Positions 1 through 12,711 of a DNA stretch of 64,000 bases are shown here, piece by piece. How positions within the stretch are numbered: the first letter of the stretch is position 1; each line of letters opens with the position of its first letter. The notes beneath the pieces were generated by a model. That model searched no databases, had not been told where the DNA came from, and saw only the letters and a program-made list of their open reading frames with translations. Origin of the DNA: Nemertoderma westbladi (Eukaryota; Animalia; Xenacoelomorpha); NCBI GenBank assembly GCA_032718475.1, contig JAUCBJ010000648.1:1-64000 (forward strand), read 5' to 3'. Both the position numbers and the translations under genes were made by a program.

Positions 1-3000
1 TGGTCCTGTAGATATCTTTTAGTAGGCGTGTGTTGAGATGTGTGCAATAATCTGTGGTGCAATCGACCACAGTCAACGCACCCCTTACTTACGCTAGAGG
101 TGGTACAGTCCCGCCGCTTATGCCCAGTGCCTAAACACTTCCAGCAAGCGTCTAGCGACCGAATGGCTAAACGCCGTTTCTCTACATCGAGTTTGGAAAA
201 CAGGTTGCACCCTACCAGCTTGTGGTCATTTGATTTCTGAGTCAATTGATGACAATATTGACATCCACGAAAATCTGGTGGCAATTGTTGCACTGTAGTT
301 ACCTTGGGTCCAATGGGTGGTGCTACTTTAATTTTGGCGCTATATCCCGCAGCCGAATTCACCTTTGTCATTTCTTGGTCAGATAAGGAAGTGTATGATG
401 ATGCTGGGTTACCAGCACTTACCATTGTGCTCTTAAATTTGAGTTGCTGACGTCTTTCTACTCCTAAATACTCTTCAGGGTAATTAGACCTCAACTCGGC
501 ATCACCTTCTGCTGATATTACATCGTAAATATGTTTAATAGATAGTGATTCCCCCCTAGCTTCTACTCGGCTTTCTAGGCCCCTTACCTTTCGCCTATGG
601 CGCAGTGTAAGTCATTTCATAATGTCTCGTATAATATCCGGTCTGGATCCGTAATGCTCACACCCATATATTGGCAAAATCTTGATTGCTGATTTTATAG
701 CATCGGCTAGTTTCACTACTTCTATGGGTGTTACGGCTGGATTTCCCTTTGTCAATTCTTCAACTACTGAGCGAGCCATTCTAACATTACCACCATAGGT
801 GGTTACTAACCGCTCATAGGCAGATTCAAAGGCATTATCGTCTCCCACAAATGTACTTACTAGTTCTTTGGGTTCCCCTTTTAAGAATTGGTATAGATAA
901 CAAAATTTTTCATGTGATGTAAAATCCTGTGACGCTACACAGGAATCTATATAATGAATGAAACTTCTCCAGTGTTTCGGTAATCCAGTGAAACAAGGTG
1001 GTTGCTGTGGAGGGAGACTCTGTCTCGCACCAAATTTAGATAACTCTGATGCGATCACTGTTACTGGCGTTGAGCCACTCCCTTCTACATTTGAAGAACC
1101 TCGAATATTTCTTGGTTGTTGGTTCAACTTCATGCCGGGTTTAAATATTCTAGATTGAAAGTGCGGTCTCGATCCCGGATACATTCCTTTTGCAGTCGTT
1201 GAAGGATCATATACTTCCTCCGAATCTGTGTTACATTCCATCGCTTGAAATTGAACCTTGGATTTTGGTAGTGTGATTGGGTTTACTTCAGGGAGATTCT
1301 CGGATAATTCTCGAGTGTGAATATCTACCCTTTCACGCTCTCTTTGAGTACTATCTACTTTATCCTGCACTTCCTGAACCGACCACTTTACAGACTCAAA
1401 CTCTTGATTTACTTTACCTTCAATATGTTGAACCTGATCCTTAATGTCTCTTACCTCTTGCATCATCCTCTGGTTGCCTTCTTGGATGGCTTGTTGTAAT
1501 TGATACATTTCAACTTGACGTTGTTCTGTTGTTTCGTTCGGTCTAAAGTTACGGTTATCATGGGAACAGTCCCAATCCACCAGTTGTTCGTCCTCCTTCA
1601 TCCTAAAATTCTCGGGTGACTCACCATTATCTGCCGGATTTATAATGCTCCTTATAATGGGTGAAATGTGCTGGCATTCTATGCACTTACAACCTAACAA
1701 ATGGTGTGGAGATAACTGGTCCATGTGTTTGGGGTCACGAGGGTGTTGCGGGTAGTCAGGCCACTTACTATTGGTGGAGTTCAATATCCTCGCAGACCCA
1801 CTGGTCTGTCGTTGCTCCAAAATTACGCTGGGTGGAGAATCGTCTTCTGGGTTAACCCAGCCCTTCCCTGCAAACTGGCGATGAAAAGATTCAATAAAAT
1901 GGACTTTAGATTCCATTCCCTTCTTATCGTGAGTTTGATTGTATCGTTCTATGGAAGATGCAACATGGTCTATCCCACTTAACAATGACTCGGCGCGCTG
2001 ACATCGAAGAGCTGTCTTGGCTTCTTCTAACTGCATGGCTATGCGACGGCGATTATCCTCTAATTCATTCGCTTTGCGGTGGCGCTCCTGCTCCCCTAAT
2101 TTTCGACGTTGATCGATGATCAATGCCTCTTGTTTTTCCTTCAACTCTAATCTTTGGCGGGCAATCTCCCGTTCATGTGCGTGACGTTTATTCTCATCAG
2201 CAATACGCTGTAATTGAGCATTGGTGTCACGCTCAATTCGTCTCCGTTCAATGGCTGCAAGTTTATCCGCCTTGGTACGTTCTGCCTCTGCCCTGGCGTG
2301 TTCAATTTCGGCTTCCGCTCGGGCGCGTTGAGCCTCGCGTTCGGCACTTTCGCACTCGATTTCTAGCAAACGATCATTTGCTTCCCTCTCCCGCCTGGTG
2401 GCTTCATCTCGAGTTGTGGTGTCCAAAATATTACTGCCTCCTGCTAAACTTAAGCGCGAAATATCTTGGGTGATCGTCTGCAACTCAGCTTCCGCGAGCT
2501 CGGTGCTTATTCGTATCACTTCGCTCTGTTCAAAATGTAACTTCTCCATCTCGGCTCGGCGACCATCTTCGCTTAACCTTCTAACTGTGTCCAGCTGCGA
2601 TGCAGTTATTGACTGCGAACTTACTGACTCGCTATGTCGATACCACCTTCCACTTACCTGAGATGGTACACTATCATCGACATGAGCAGTTATCTTAACT
2701 GTTTTTTCGTTCTCCTTTGTTGGTAATGGTAGTCCAGGTACTACCACTCCCTTCTTATGAAGATATATCTCCAACTTACCCTTGAAACCCTGAAACCATT
2801 CATTTAGCTCAAAATCTTCAGAGTCAAATGTTTCGGTTTCGGGTCCCTCCTCCAAACTAGCGCGGTAATTTACTCTAAGCACATTTATACGCTTATTCAT
2901 ATCTATAAAATGGTTACGAATTACCTGCAACTTATCATATAGGGATGTCAGAGTTCTAAACTGTCTCTCTTTGGTCGCTATACTCACCAACTTCTGTAAA

Positions 3001-3395
3001 TTGATTGTTTGCACGTGTAACAGCTGATCATATTCATCTAGCATTCTGGCTAAATCTGCCGGGTCATATGATCCACTGTCTAGGCATTTGGTTAATTTAT
3101 TTGTCGCCTTGGTTACCTTACCCATGTAACCACCTGCACTTTTATTAATTGAAGGATGCCTCAAGGATGTGTTACTATCGTCACTGCTGTCAGCATCAGG
3201 GATTTCATCATCAGGGTGTCGAGCAGCACCCTGAACTATAAACCCAGAAGCAGGGACGATACCTACTGTCTGTGTGGTAGGGGCACTAATAGTCTCAATT
3301 ACGTCAGGTGTGGTGACGTTTAATTGCTGACTGGACTCGTCAGCAGTCTCATATTGTTCTGTTACCGGAACGTCGGTATTTGTTGTTTGACTCAT
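1..3395 (-). pseudogene. gag: E1 gag(-pol) ORF with an in-frame TGA at 612-614
   Basis: Past the stop the frame continues LTLRHRRKV..ISAEGDAELRSNY..CQYC..HKLVGC..CWKCLGTGHKRRDC..CVDCGRLHHRLLH, collinear with E3. The stop aligns to Arg in E3 (CGA>TGA). Confidence 0.85.
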
Positions 3396-4179
3396 TTTTG
3401 GGATTTTTATATTGATTAAAATTTTTTAATTTTAATTTTAATTTAATTTAATGAAATTCTTTGCTTGTAATAGTTTACAAATTATTACACCAATTCAAAT
3501 GTGAATTCAAATAAAACAACCTTTACAACTCAATTAATTTCAAATTCTCTTATATTTTATTTATTTCATAAATATAGCCTTGGCTCGACTTTAGGAGACA
3601 CTGGATGGTGGGACAATAAGACACAACAAAAGGAAGTATTTAAATTTTTTTTTTAAAAATTACAACACCAAATTTATTTTGTATGCACAAGTATGCCACA
3701 AATACTGTGCATAAGTATTTTAACAAACCTTCAAACAGCCACAAATAAACTATAGATCCCACAAGCACAATCCTATCGACACTACGACCAACCTGTGATT
3801 GCTGCTAAACGACGCCGTCCCACGTCCCAACCTCGTGAATGATCAGTTCACTTGCGTACCAAGTCAAACGTCCCCAGATCCCGGATTGGTTGCGGTGACG
3901 AAAGTGATGTTCCTGTAAGTTGTATTAGAGAATTAGATGGCTGTCTGGTAGATTTACCCTAATTTTATCCTAACAATTTCGAGCGAAATATAAATTTTTT
4001 AATTTCTTATAAATCTTATAATGCAGCCCTTTTGGCTCTACAAACTTTCAAACTCGATACAAACTTTACTCAACGGCGGCGCTATAGCAACTCTGTGATT
4101 TATTTATAATTTTTTACAACGCAAATCAGCTAAGAATTTGTTAAAAGGATTTCGCTAAAGCACATTGCAGATTTATTAA

Positions 4180-4191
4180 CATAATAACCAC
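4180..4191 (-). promoter_or_regulatory. E1 putative self-complementary primer-binding site (GTGGTTATTATG on minus strand)
   Basis: Plus 4180-4191 cataataaccac is followed by TG at 4192; its exact reverse complement gtggttattatg is at 4866-4877. Confidence 0.65.
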
Positions 4192-5140
4192 TGTAGAATA
4201 CGTATCAAATTATCGCAATACGTATCAGTTTCGAAAGAAAACAAAACAATAAACCGGTCTATATAAAGCTCAACAAGGAAACTCCAGTTGGTGAGGAATC
4301 CCTGCCTGCCTGCTAATATTATCAACCTTTAATACAATTTACTAGCGTGATGGCCCCTTATCCACCACGTATACTGCAAGCTAAACTGCCGATAGGTAAG
4401 GGTTGTATCGAGTACAATTTATAAAATATAAACAACAATTTATCTTAAATTTTCCCACAAAACAAATTCTGTATATTTCTATACACCGCACCGCTGTCGA
4501 CGGTAGTAAAAGGAAGGAAACTATACGCAATACTAAACCTGGTTATCTCGTGGATGAATTTGCCGATATTCTCTAATTTTCACTTCTACTCTGTAAAGTA
4601 ACTGTAAGAGTGTCAAACTAATGATTGTGAGAGAGAGATGATTAGCTATCTAAATACCCAAATACATTTATTTCTGGACAGTGGATAATGCTGTAGCTGA
4701 AACTTGGTATATAAGCTTACTCACCCCCAACAAAGTCAAAATAATTTAAGATGAAGTGAAATGAATATTAGTATCCCAATGAGACCCAAACGTAAGCCAA
4801 ACGATGAGCGCTGATACCAAATATATATCAACACTCTCCCCCCTTTGCACTTCCGTGCTGCCTGTGTGGTTATTATGATGGGGTATCCCGGTTCAATTTG
4901 GCCCAAACCCAAGTACAGGAAATAGTTAAAGCACCAGTTAACCTAATGGAATTGTGTACATCAACCTAATGAGACCCCCCTCCCCTTGTGGCTTGCCCAG
5001 TCCAACTTACTGCCCTTATGTTTCACTCGTGTTGTGTAACATCATCCATCCATTTTGGGCTCCTGCAGTCGGCCGGTACGGCTCGACCTCCTCACTCCAT
5101 AATTATATTAGACGGAGAATGCGCCTCTCATGTTAAAACA
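4192..5140 (-). repeat. E1 5' LTR (inferred; partner LTR outside the window)
   Basis: TG start at 4192 is defined by analogy with the E2/E3 PBS geometry; minus-strand AATAAA near 4666-4671; outer end uncertain. Confidence 0.5.
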
Positions 5141-6206
5141 ATGGGGTTTTAATTCCGAACCGATCACTGGATGTCTTTATCGCATACTGATTTGCAAAAT
5201 TACCAACACAAACAAATAATTGGGTTAATACATATCTATAGGTACGAATACATTTAACGGTACAAAAATCAGAACTTGGATATAAGATAAATTCAATACA
5301 ATAATCTGAAACAAAATTCAATATAAAATCTTGAAGAGTAATAAGAATATAGGTCTGTTTTGCAACCATATAATAACAAAACTGGTTTTTACCGGTTCCA
5401 GTAAGTTCTCGTTGACATTGCATAAAATTCAGTAAACCGGTTTTTACTTGGATATGAGTGATATGAGTAGCTACTAGCTTTCTTATTCGTCCAGCAAACA
5501 GATAAATGGCCTAATAAATAAATAAATAAATAAATAAATAAATGGCTAATAGACCATCTAGAATCCTCTAACCGTTAAACGGACATAAGAAATGGAATCA
5601 TAGACCAGGAAAACCTCTACAACAATATTTCCAGCTGTGTATTTCATTCATTACTTTTTGATTGACAGACAGACCAACAGACATAAAGACAGACAGGAAG
5701 ACAGATAGACAAGCAGGCAGGCAGTCACAATGACAGACAATCTAGAATACATGAAACGTTGAGACTGACATTATAAATGTGATCACTAAACAGGAAAATG
5801 ACTATGGAGAAAATTGTAGGCCTACATTGCATGTGTTTCTTAAATTTGTCAGACTGACCGACTGACAGACAAACAGACTGCTATAACTCGAGAACTAAAA
5901 GAGACCTCGATATGTCGTTTTCAGATTTGAAATCGCCATTAAATTTTGATCCAGAATCCGTAAAAAAAAATTTTTGATTTTTTAAATTTCGACCACAAAC
6001 ACGTGCCCTTAATATCACCTGGCATCAATACTCTAGCTGAATATTTATTTATTTGTACTTCCCTCCTGTTTCACTCTAGCACACTTGAGACCGTTAGGTC
6101 CGATGTTAGAGATAGAATATATGCAACATACTGTAAGACTGCCCGTTCAATAGAAGTGGATTAGGTGGGAGTGTGAGTGTCAGGGACAGGGGCTGCTGAG
6201 CTGGTT

Positions 6207-6252
6207 AGCGCTACTGATGAGGCCTGTTAGGCCGAAACGTACGTATAGCGCT
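6207..6252 (+). ncRNA. Minimal type I hammerhead ribozyme (Penelope-like element/retrozyme type)
   Basis: AGCGCTA-CTGATGA-GGCCT gtt AGGCC-GAAA-C GTAC G-TA-TAGCGCT: complete core, 7-bp stem I, 5-bp stem II, palindromic mini stem III, GUA cleavage triplet ending at 6245. Confidence 0.85.
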
Positions 6253-7013
6253 TGTTCAACCCACGGTGACTCATTTTTTTTCGCTTCCTCATTTTTTCCA
6301 CTTCCAAACAAACCCATAATATTAGGCTATGGCCGTTTTCTAAAAGTCTGGGGGAGGTGGTGGGGGCATAAGTGTACGGGAAACACTTCCACTGGGGGGG
6401 GGGGGGGGGGGGGTGGCAAAGCCCATATTTTCGCCATCTTTGCCAATTCCACCCCCCCCCCCCCCCCCCCCCCCCCAAAGAAAAAAATCAATTATATTTT
6501 AATAATTTTATAATTTGGGCATATATAGTGCGGTGTGGCGTAGGGGCCACCAAGAATATTAACTTACTCAAAACATTTATATGTCTTAGTGCAATTTCTA
6601 TAACTTTATTTCTTATTTAGCGGTTTATTTTATTGTTAGTAGGATAAACCATCAAGGTTAAAATGTATAAACATTAAAAATGACGTTGAAAAACGCAAAG
6701 CATGGTACACACACAAGTTGTTTTGTTCGCTAAGATGGATTGCAACTTTTGGTACATGATCCATGAAGGCCCCACTCGTGTACTTCTAACCGTAGAGACA
6801 CTACTTCTCGTTTTCTACTTCTCTCTACATTTAACTACCATTTCTTTCCCCATTTTGGACTTCACTTTATGTCATTTACCGGCTTGGCTTCCTCAGAATG
6901 CCTTCAGCCGTCTCAGAAACCCCAGTCTACAGTCTGCTGCTCACTGACACTGATCGTATGTAACTAAATATATTGTAACATAATGTAACCTTTAGTGCAT
7001 ATCTCAAACTTAC

Positions 7014-7866
7014 ATTGAACTACGATCGTAGTGGTACAGGGTTTATCCACTTCTATAGCTCTATTCCTCGCCTTACATATAAACTCTTCCCCATTATCTC
7101 CACGACTTAGATCTCTACTTATACTCAGTGTATCTTCTGGTTCAGTTACGACTCCACCAATAGCAACTCCGTTACTATACCAACTCCATCTAGAATCTCC
7201 TGATGTACTTCCAGCTACCGGTACCGGTACCCAATCCGATAACTTACAGTTTAATGTACCTGAACTGCCTTCTATATAAGTACAACTCGGTACATCGCAG
7301 CTACACTTTGGATGATTATCAGCTTTACATTGGGGTGGAAGAGTTATTATAAGTGGGTAAGTAGAGGTCTGATCGGGGAAGGCCGGGTTGTTTTGGAGAT
7401 TTTCCGTATGCGTACCGCTAGTATAATATTGTATTTGTATCTCAAATTCCTCCGGTATAGATTCAATTACAGGAGGATTCAACCCAACAGTTATATATCC
7501 TTCAGCTCCGGCTGTGTTGCTACTTATATATTCTATTGTATTCCATCCATCGCAATTGATTTTAATATTATTATTATTGTAGCAATCATCTCTATTGGCG
7601 TTGTTGACTTTATTCAGCACACGTACTATGTTATTACCTTTACCATAATTAGCAATAACCCTTGAATTTAATACATCAGTAATAGTTAATTCACTTTGTT
7701 GATTAATAATAAAATCAACTTGTACTCTAATACTATTTCTTTCTTCTTTAAATAAACATTCTCTAGTAAATTTAGATCCACCTTGTTCGACTAGTTTATA
7801 TCCATTATACTTGAACCCCAGAATAACATCAGTTAGAGTTAGTAATGTAATTATAAATAATTTCAT
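7014..7866 (-). CDS. Exon 1 of Ig-superfamily receptor paralogue A (signal peptide, N-terminal domain, Ig domain); remaining exons presumably left of the window
   Basis: MKLFIITLLTLTDVILG signal; Ig C..W..C pattern (LNCKL..WSWY..EFICKARN); phase-1 donor T/GTAAGT at 7014/7013; clear paralogue of 35991-36840. Confidence 0.8.
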
Positions 7867-8579
7867 TATAAGTATATTAAATAATTAATATCATATTTTA
7901 TATTATTATACATAGCGTATATATCTAATCACTGTCAGCGTTGTTCACTCTAAGTTCTCTATGTTAGTTTAAACATAATATTAAATTAATTGATGCACAT
8001 AATTATGAAGTTACATAATTTGCAACTTCATAGTTTTGATTTTATCGGATAGTGGAGACTTTGGGTTTTGATGACACATTGACATATAAATGTCAATTTG
8101 AAAATTAAATTTTGACAGTATGACATGTCTAAGTGTCAAAATTACTATTTTGAAATGACATTGAGACATTAATTATGACATGCCCATTTGTCAATATTTC
8201 AATTTGAAATGACATTAATTAAGACATTTCTAAATTTCATTTTGATAAAAATGACATCAGATTGTCAAATTTAAAGTCTGCCAAGTTTCTGTTTGAACGA
8301 TTGTATACAACAATGTTAGAAAACATATTAACTTTCAGATATTTTCCCTTTAGCGGCATACTGGTTAGCATCCAGTATGGTGAGCTACATACACTATGCC
8401 AAATTTTAGTTTGAACTGTTTTTGACATTATAGTATCACATGTTAAAATGTCATTTTCAGATCGTAATTTGGAAATGTCACAAAATAATTCATCAGACAA
8501 CAGGTTTTAAATCAACCAATAATATTAAGCAAAATAATATGCAGTTTTGAAACATTATTTAATTCGACTAATTTAAATG

Positions 8580-9790
8580 GACATGCTTTTAATGCTTCTT
8601 TGGAGTTCGGTAGGTGTGAAGTCCCCTGTTTCTATAGGTAGTGTCTTGTCATATATTTTCCTTGTAGGGCTGACCTCGATGTTTTGTGGCTGCCCAAGCA
8701 AGTTGCTGAAGTGATTTTTCCACTTACCAACACGTTCTCAGGACTATCGGCTTTGAGGCGGCCCTTTGCACAACTTTTCCGACCAGATACCTCATTTACA
8801 GTTTGCCAGGTAAGTCTTGATTGTTGCTGTATGTGAGCAGTTGTAATTGCTTCAATTTTATCCTGTATGTACTTTTCCTGGCTGATGTTGTAGGCCGATT
8901 TAAGATCGTCCTTAGCTTTCTCAACCTTGTTAATGTTTTCTGTTGTTGGTTGTTCGGTTTTAACTTTGTAGGCTATTTTAAGATCTTCTCTCTTACAAGT
9001 AACCTCAGAGTTTTGCCATGGCACATACTGTTTTCGTTTGGGTTTCTGGGGGATATGCCTCTTAGCTGATTCCTTGTGGGCTGTTATTATATTCTGGTAT
9101 ATTGAATCGGTGGACTGGTCTTCATCCATTGACTGAAGTGCTTCAAAGCGGTTTTGAACTTCTACTGTGTAAGCATCCTTTACTGCATTGTCAGTTCTGA
9201 GTTTCTCCCAGTCATAGTTGATTTGCTTGCTTGTCCTGGGTTTGCTGGCTCTCAAACTGAGTCTGATCTCTGCAGTCAAAATTCTGTGGTCCGAACCAAT
9301 TAGGTTGAATGAGTTGTATGCCTCGCAGTTGATCATGATGTTTCTCCACTTTTTGTTTATAAGGATGTAATCCAGTTGTGCTTTGGTTCCATTAGGGTAT
9401 TAAAAGGTCCATAGCTTTCCCTTACTCTTTTCGAATGTGTTGTTTGTTGGTATCAATTCACATTCTTCCATTAGGTCTAAAAGTAAGTACCCATTTCTGT
9501 TAGGACTGGTGTTATAGGTGTAACCCTTGATGTCTTCTGGGCCAATTTGCGCATTCAGGTCACCAGCAATGACCTTAACATTGTGTTTCGGAATGTCCAT
9601 TATAAGTCCAGTCAGATCTTCATAAAACTTGACAGCTTGTTCTGGCTCTGAGGCATTGGTTGAACTGTAGCAACATATTACTGTTGTCTTGGGATTCCCA
9701 TCAAATGTTGCGATCATAACCCTGGTATTTATAGATTCGATGTTGTTTAGTGTCTTGTGCAAATGGACTTAGCAGAATTCATACTCCACC
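8580..9790 (-). mobile_element. Degenerate non-LTR retrotransposon (RTE-like) fragment, APE endonuclease region
   Basis: APE motifs GDLNAQIG, NRNG..LL, WTF*YPNG..QLDYILIN, GSDHRIL; in-frame stop and frameshift. Confidence 0.85.
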
Positions 9791-10369
9791 ATAAATGAAT
9801 ATTTAATTTCGCGACAATTTTATTAAATATTTTCGGGAATTTTTTATAGAAAAGCAACGCGTGGCTAATTTTATCTAAAAGTTGGCACCCGGTGTTATTT
9901 TGTTGTGCTCTTTCTATTTTCGACTGTGTTCGATTGTGTTAGGCAGTTTTTGGAGTGTGTTCGGGTGTGTTCTATTGTGTTCGCTGGTGTTCTGTAAAAA
10001 GATCTATCCCAAAAAATGAGGCAAACTTAAAATTTTGAAAATAATATTTTTTGCATTACTTTTAATAGGGAACCGATTGGCAGTACAGTTTACGAAAAAA
10101 AAATTTTTGTCAGAAAGAAAACATGGAAAAAGCCTCCTTTTAATTAAAAAGATTTGATGTGTCTATGTTTGCAATTGTAGGGTAGGGGTGTCTGTTATCT
10201 ATTCTAAATAAAACAATTATTATTAAATGAGAGTTCATAGCAATAGTACTTAATACTGTTCATTGACCTGGTATGGGTAACATTACTAATTCTCTTTGGT
10301 TCGAGTGTGAAGGCTATCAGCTGTGTAAAATATTATACAGAAACACACAGTAATGCTAGTATGGCCGAT

Positions 10370-11370
10370 TCGACCATTAGAAACTAGTTGTTGAATAAAA
10401 AAGTTGGGAACGATTCGACGTGCGATATTCGAAATATTAGCATATTATCAACATTATACATTATGGAACGCGAAATTAAATACCCACAACTACACTTTTA
10501 CAGCTGAACAACATTTCACTACTTATTGTCAATTGGAGTTACGTACATTAATTATATCGTATTATATTGTATATCTGGGAAGTTTACAACAGCTGTCGAT
10601 TAAACTAACAAAATCCGAAAACTGAACCAGGGTGCCAGCCGGGTACCAACGGCTGTTGGGTAGACTTAATGGAAGATTTCACAAACTTTCATAGGAGGCT
10701 AGTACATGTACCTACATTATATTGTTTGCTCCGATGTTTACATTAGGCTAACTGAGAATGTATTAGGTATAAATAATTAGTGTTCTTTATTTTATTTCTC
10801 TAATACAGAAAGACCCCTCCGCAAAATGAACTACTCTTTGGGGCCGTTTCCCAGGTTGTGGATATGGATAACATTTCACACATCGCATTAATTGTGATCA
10901 TGATTTGTTTGCCTCGGTGAATGTTATATTACATTAGATGGGAGTCAGTTTTTTTGGTTGATGCAAGTCATTCTTGGTTTGCATCTTCCAATCACATCTA
11001 TTTCTTGGAGTCTGTGTAAGACAGGTTCGTTTAAAGAATTCCCCGTACTTAGTTCCAATTTAAGCCTCATGCGAATTTAGTTCCAATGGAAACGAATTTA
11101 GTTCCAATTTTGGCGAATTTAGTTCCAATTTAGGCGAACTTAGTTCCAATCCAATGGAAGCGAATTTAGTTCCAATGGAATCGAATTTAGTTCCAATGTT
11201 TCAGTTGTGGGGCGAGCCACGTAGTTGGTGAAGAATCTGTTTAATGACGCTATTAGGTGGATGGTTAAATAATAATTTTAAATAATTAACCCAAAACGCC
11301 CAACCTCTTAACCGAAACAATTCAATTTATATATTTAATAATTTAAAATGATATAATATGTATATATTAT
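10370..11370. repeat. Segmental-duplication block (intergenic), paralogous to about 39855-39943 + 41697-41910 + 42626-43350
   Basis: Near-identical sequence (ctagttgttgaataaa..gggaacgattcga..tagacttaatggaagatttcac..); the right-hand copy is interrupted by a LINE and a TTAA MITE. Confidence 0.85.
11050..11200. repeat. Left arm of a foldback-like element made of gcgaatttagttccaat subunits; inverted right arm at about 23355-23595, split by E2
   Basis: Tandem ttagttccaat units here and attggaactaa units at 23355-23595; an uninterrupted counterpart lies at about 43000-43697. Confidence 0.7.
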
Positions 11371-11453
11371 ATATAATATGTAATATGTAAAAAACAACAC
11401 CCATCATGCTCTTAACCCAAACTACGCCCATCCACCTAAACCGAAACATCTGG

Positions 11454-12652
11454 TGTTCACGCTTTTAAGACCTTTAGCAGTTTAACCTGCCAAATTTATA
11501 TGTCTTTTAGATTATAAATCGACTTTAGCCTATGACAAGTATTTGATACAATTAAACACTACATTAGCCGAAGCCAGCCTAGTGCGCGACCATTCACCCG
11601 CTGGATATACCCGGGAGACTGGATTCGGATGACTTGACCTTATTGCGTTGTAAGCCTACTGTATTATTCGATTGATCGTTAATATATAATCTCTGACAAA
11701 TATTATTCACTTTCGGGAAATATTAACAGTTCCTTTAGGACGTGGCGCTCTAATTATGTAAACAGAGTTATGACTTATACTAAACACAACGGTATGGCTT
11801 ATGATTCACGTATAAGGCGCATTCTTTAGGAGATGCTTAGTTACCAGTCACACTCATGCACACTATCGCACAATGCTGCATACCAATCTGCCGACCTTCA
11901 CTAATTTTAGTCACATATAAAGAGAACAGCAATTGACCCATGTAGTGCCTATGAAATAGCATTAGATTCACTCCAAAACCAATATAATATGAGTCGCAAT
12001 TGCTATATGTAACCTGTCTCTTACCTTCAGTATATCAAGAAGATGGGGTTTTATGATTCTTTTTCGATATTCTCCAAATATAATAATATTCCATCAACTG
12101 ATACAATTAATAACCGACAGTAAATAGCAGTAAAATAATGCGGTGAAAGGCCATAATGCATTGAGTGCACGGTGGTACCGTAAGGTACCGTACCGGTAAC
12201 AGTTATACGTTCCTGTAATCAAGCCGTTCTAATGTTTGGCTAAAGTCTGAAACACAGAATTATTCCACAGCCAATGTTGTGGCATCAGGAAAAAGGTAAA
12301 CATAAACCATAATGCATTGCGTGATTTCCCGGAGGCCCCTGCACAAAAGCAAGAGAATCGCTCTGATTGGTTGAGTGATTGCACAGAGTGGGCCTGAACA
12401 AAGAAAGTTCCACGAGTACACCAAATCAGCTGATAGATGTCGTAATCTAAACTACACTGTGTAGAGAGTATTATGGCGTATTGCGACATAGGATTGCTAG
12501 TTATGTCCGCCAAAGTACACATACAGAAAAATAGCTTTTTATGTCCACTAAAATACCGGTACAGTAAGGAAACGACTTTTATGTCCGTTAAAACATCTAA
12601 AGAGTACTTCGCTGGGAAAAAATGACTAGCCAATCCCGCAAAAGCCTTTACA
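11454..12652 (-). repeat. E2 3' LTR
   Basis: Direct repeat of 21878-23074, roughly 10 differences by eye. Confidence 0.95.
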
Positions 12653-12660
12653 CCGCTCCC
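12653..12660 (-). promoter_or_regulatory. E2 polypurine tract
   Basis: Minus-strand GGGAGCGG immediately before the TGTAAAG start of the 3' LTR. Confidence 0.8.
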
Positions 12661-12711
12661 AGAAAATGGGATTTAATTCTATAAAATATAAAAAATCACA
12701 GTTTCTAAAAT

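Larger units (their letters stand above)
1..5140 (-). mobile_element. BEL/Pao LTR retrotransposon E1, 5' part (LTR, leader, gag); continues left of the window; probably within intron 1 of receptor gene copy A
   Basis: Gag has a DUF1759-like block (PPCFTG..WRSF..EKFCYL..LKGEPK) and a BEL-type Cys/His cluster and is homologous to E3 gag (GGYMGKVT vs GGYMAHIT). Outer LTR end at about 5140 is a guess from TGT..CA termini. Confidence 0.8.

Noticed and set aside
6217-6620. Gly/Pro-run ORFs
   Set aside because: Produced by G and C homopolymer tracts; no coding evidence.
12229-12633. 134-aa ORF repeated at 22651-23118, and short ORFs duplicated in the E3 LTRs
   Set aside because: They lie within LTRs, so their duplication is trivial; no recognisable motifs.
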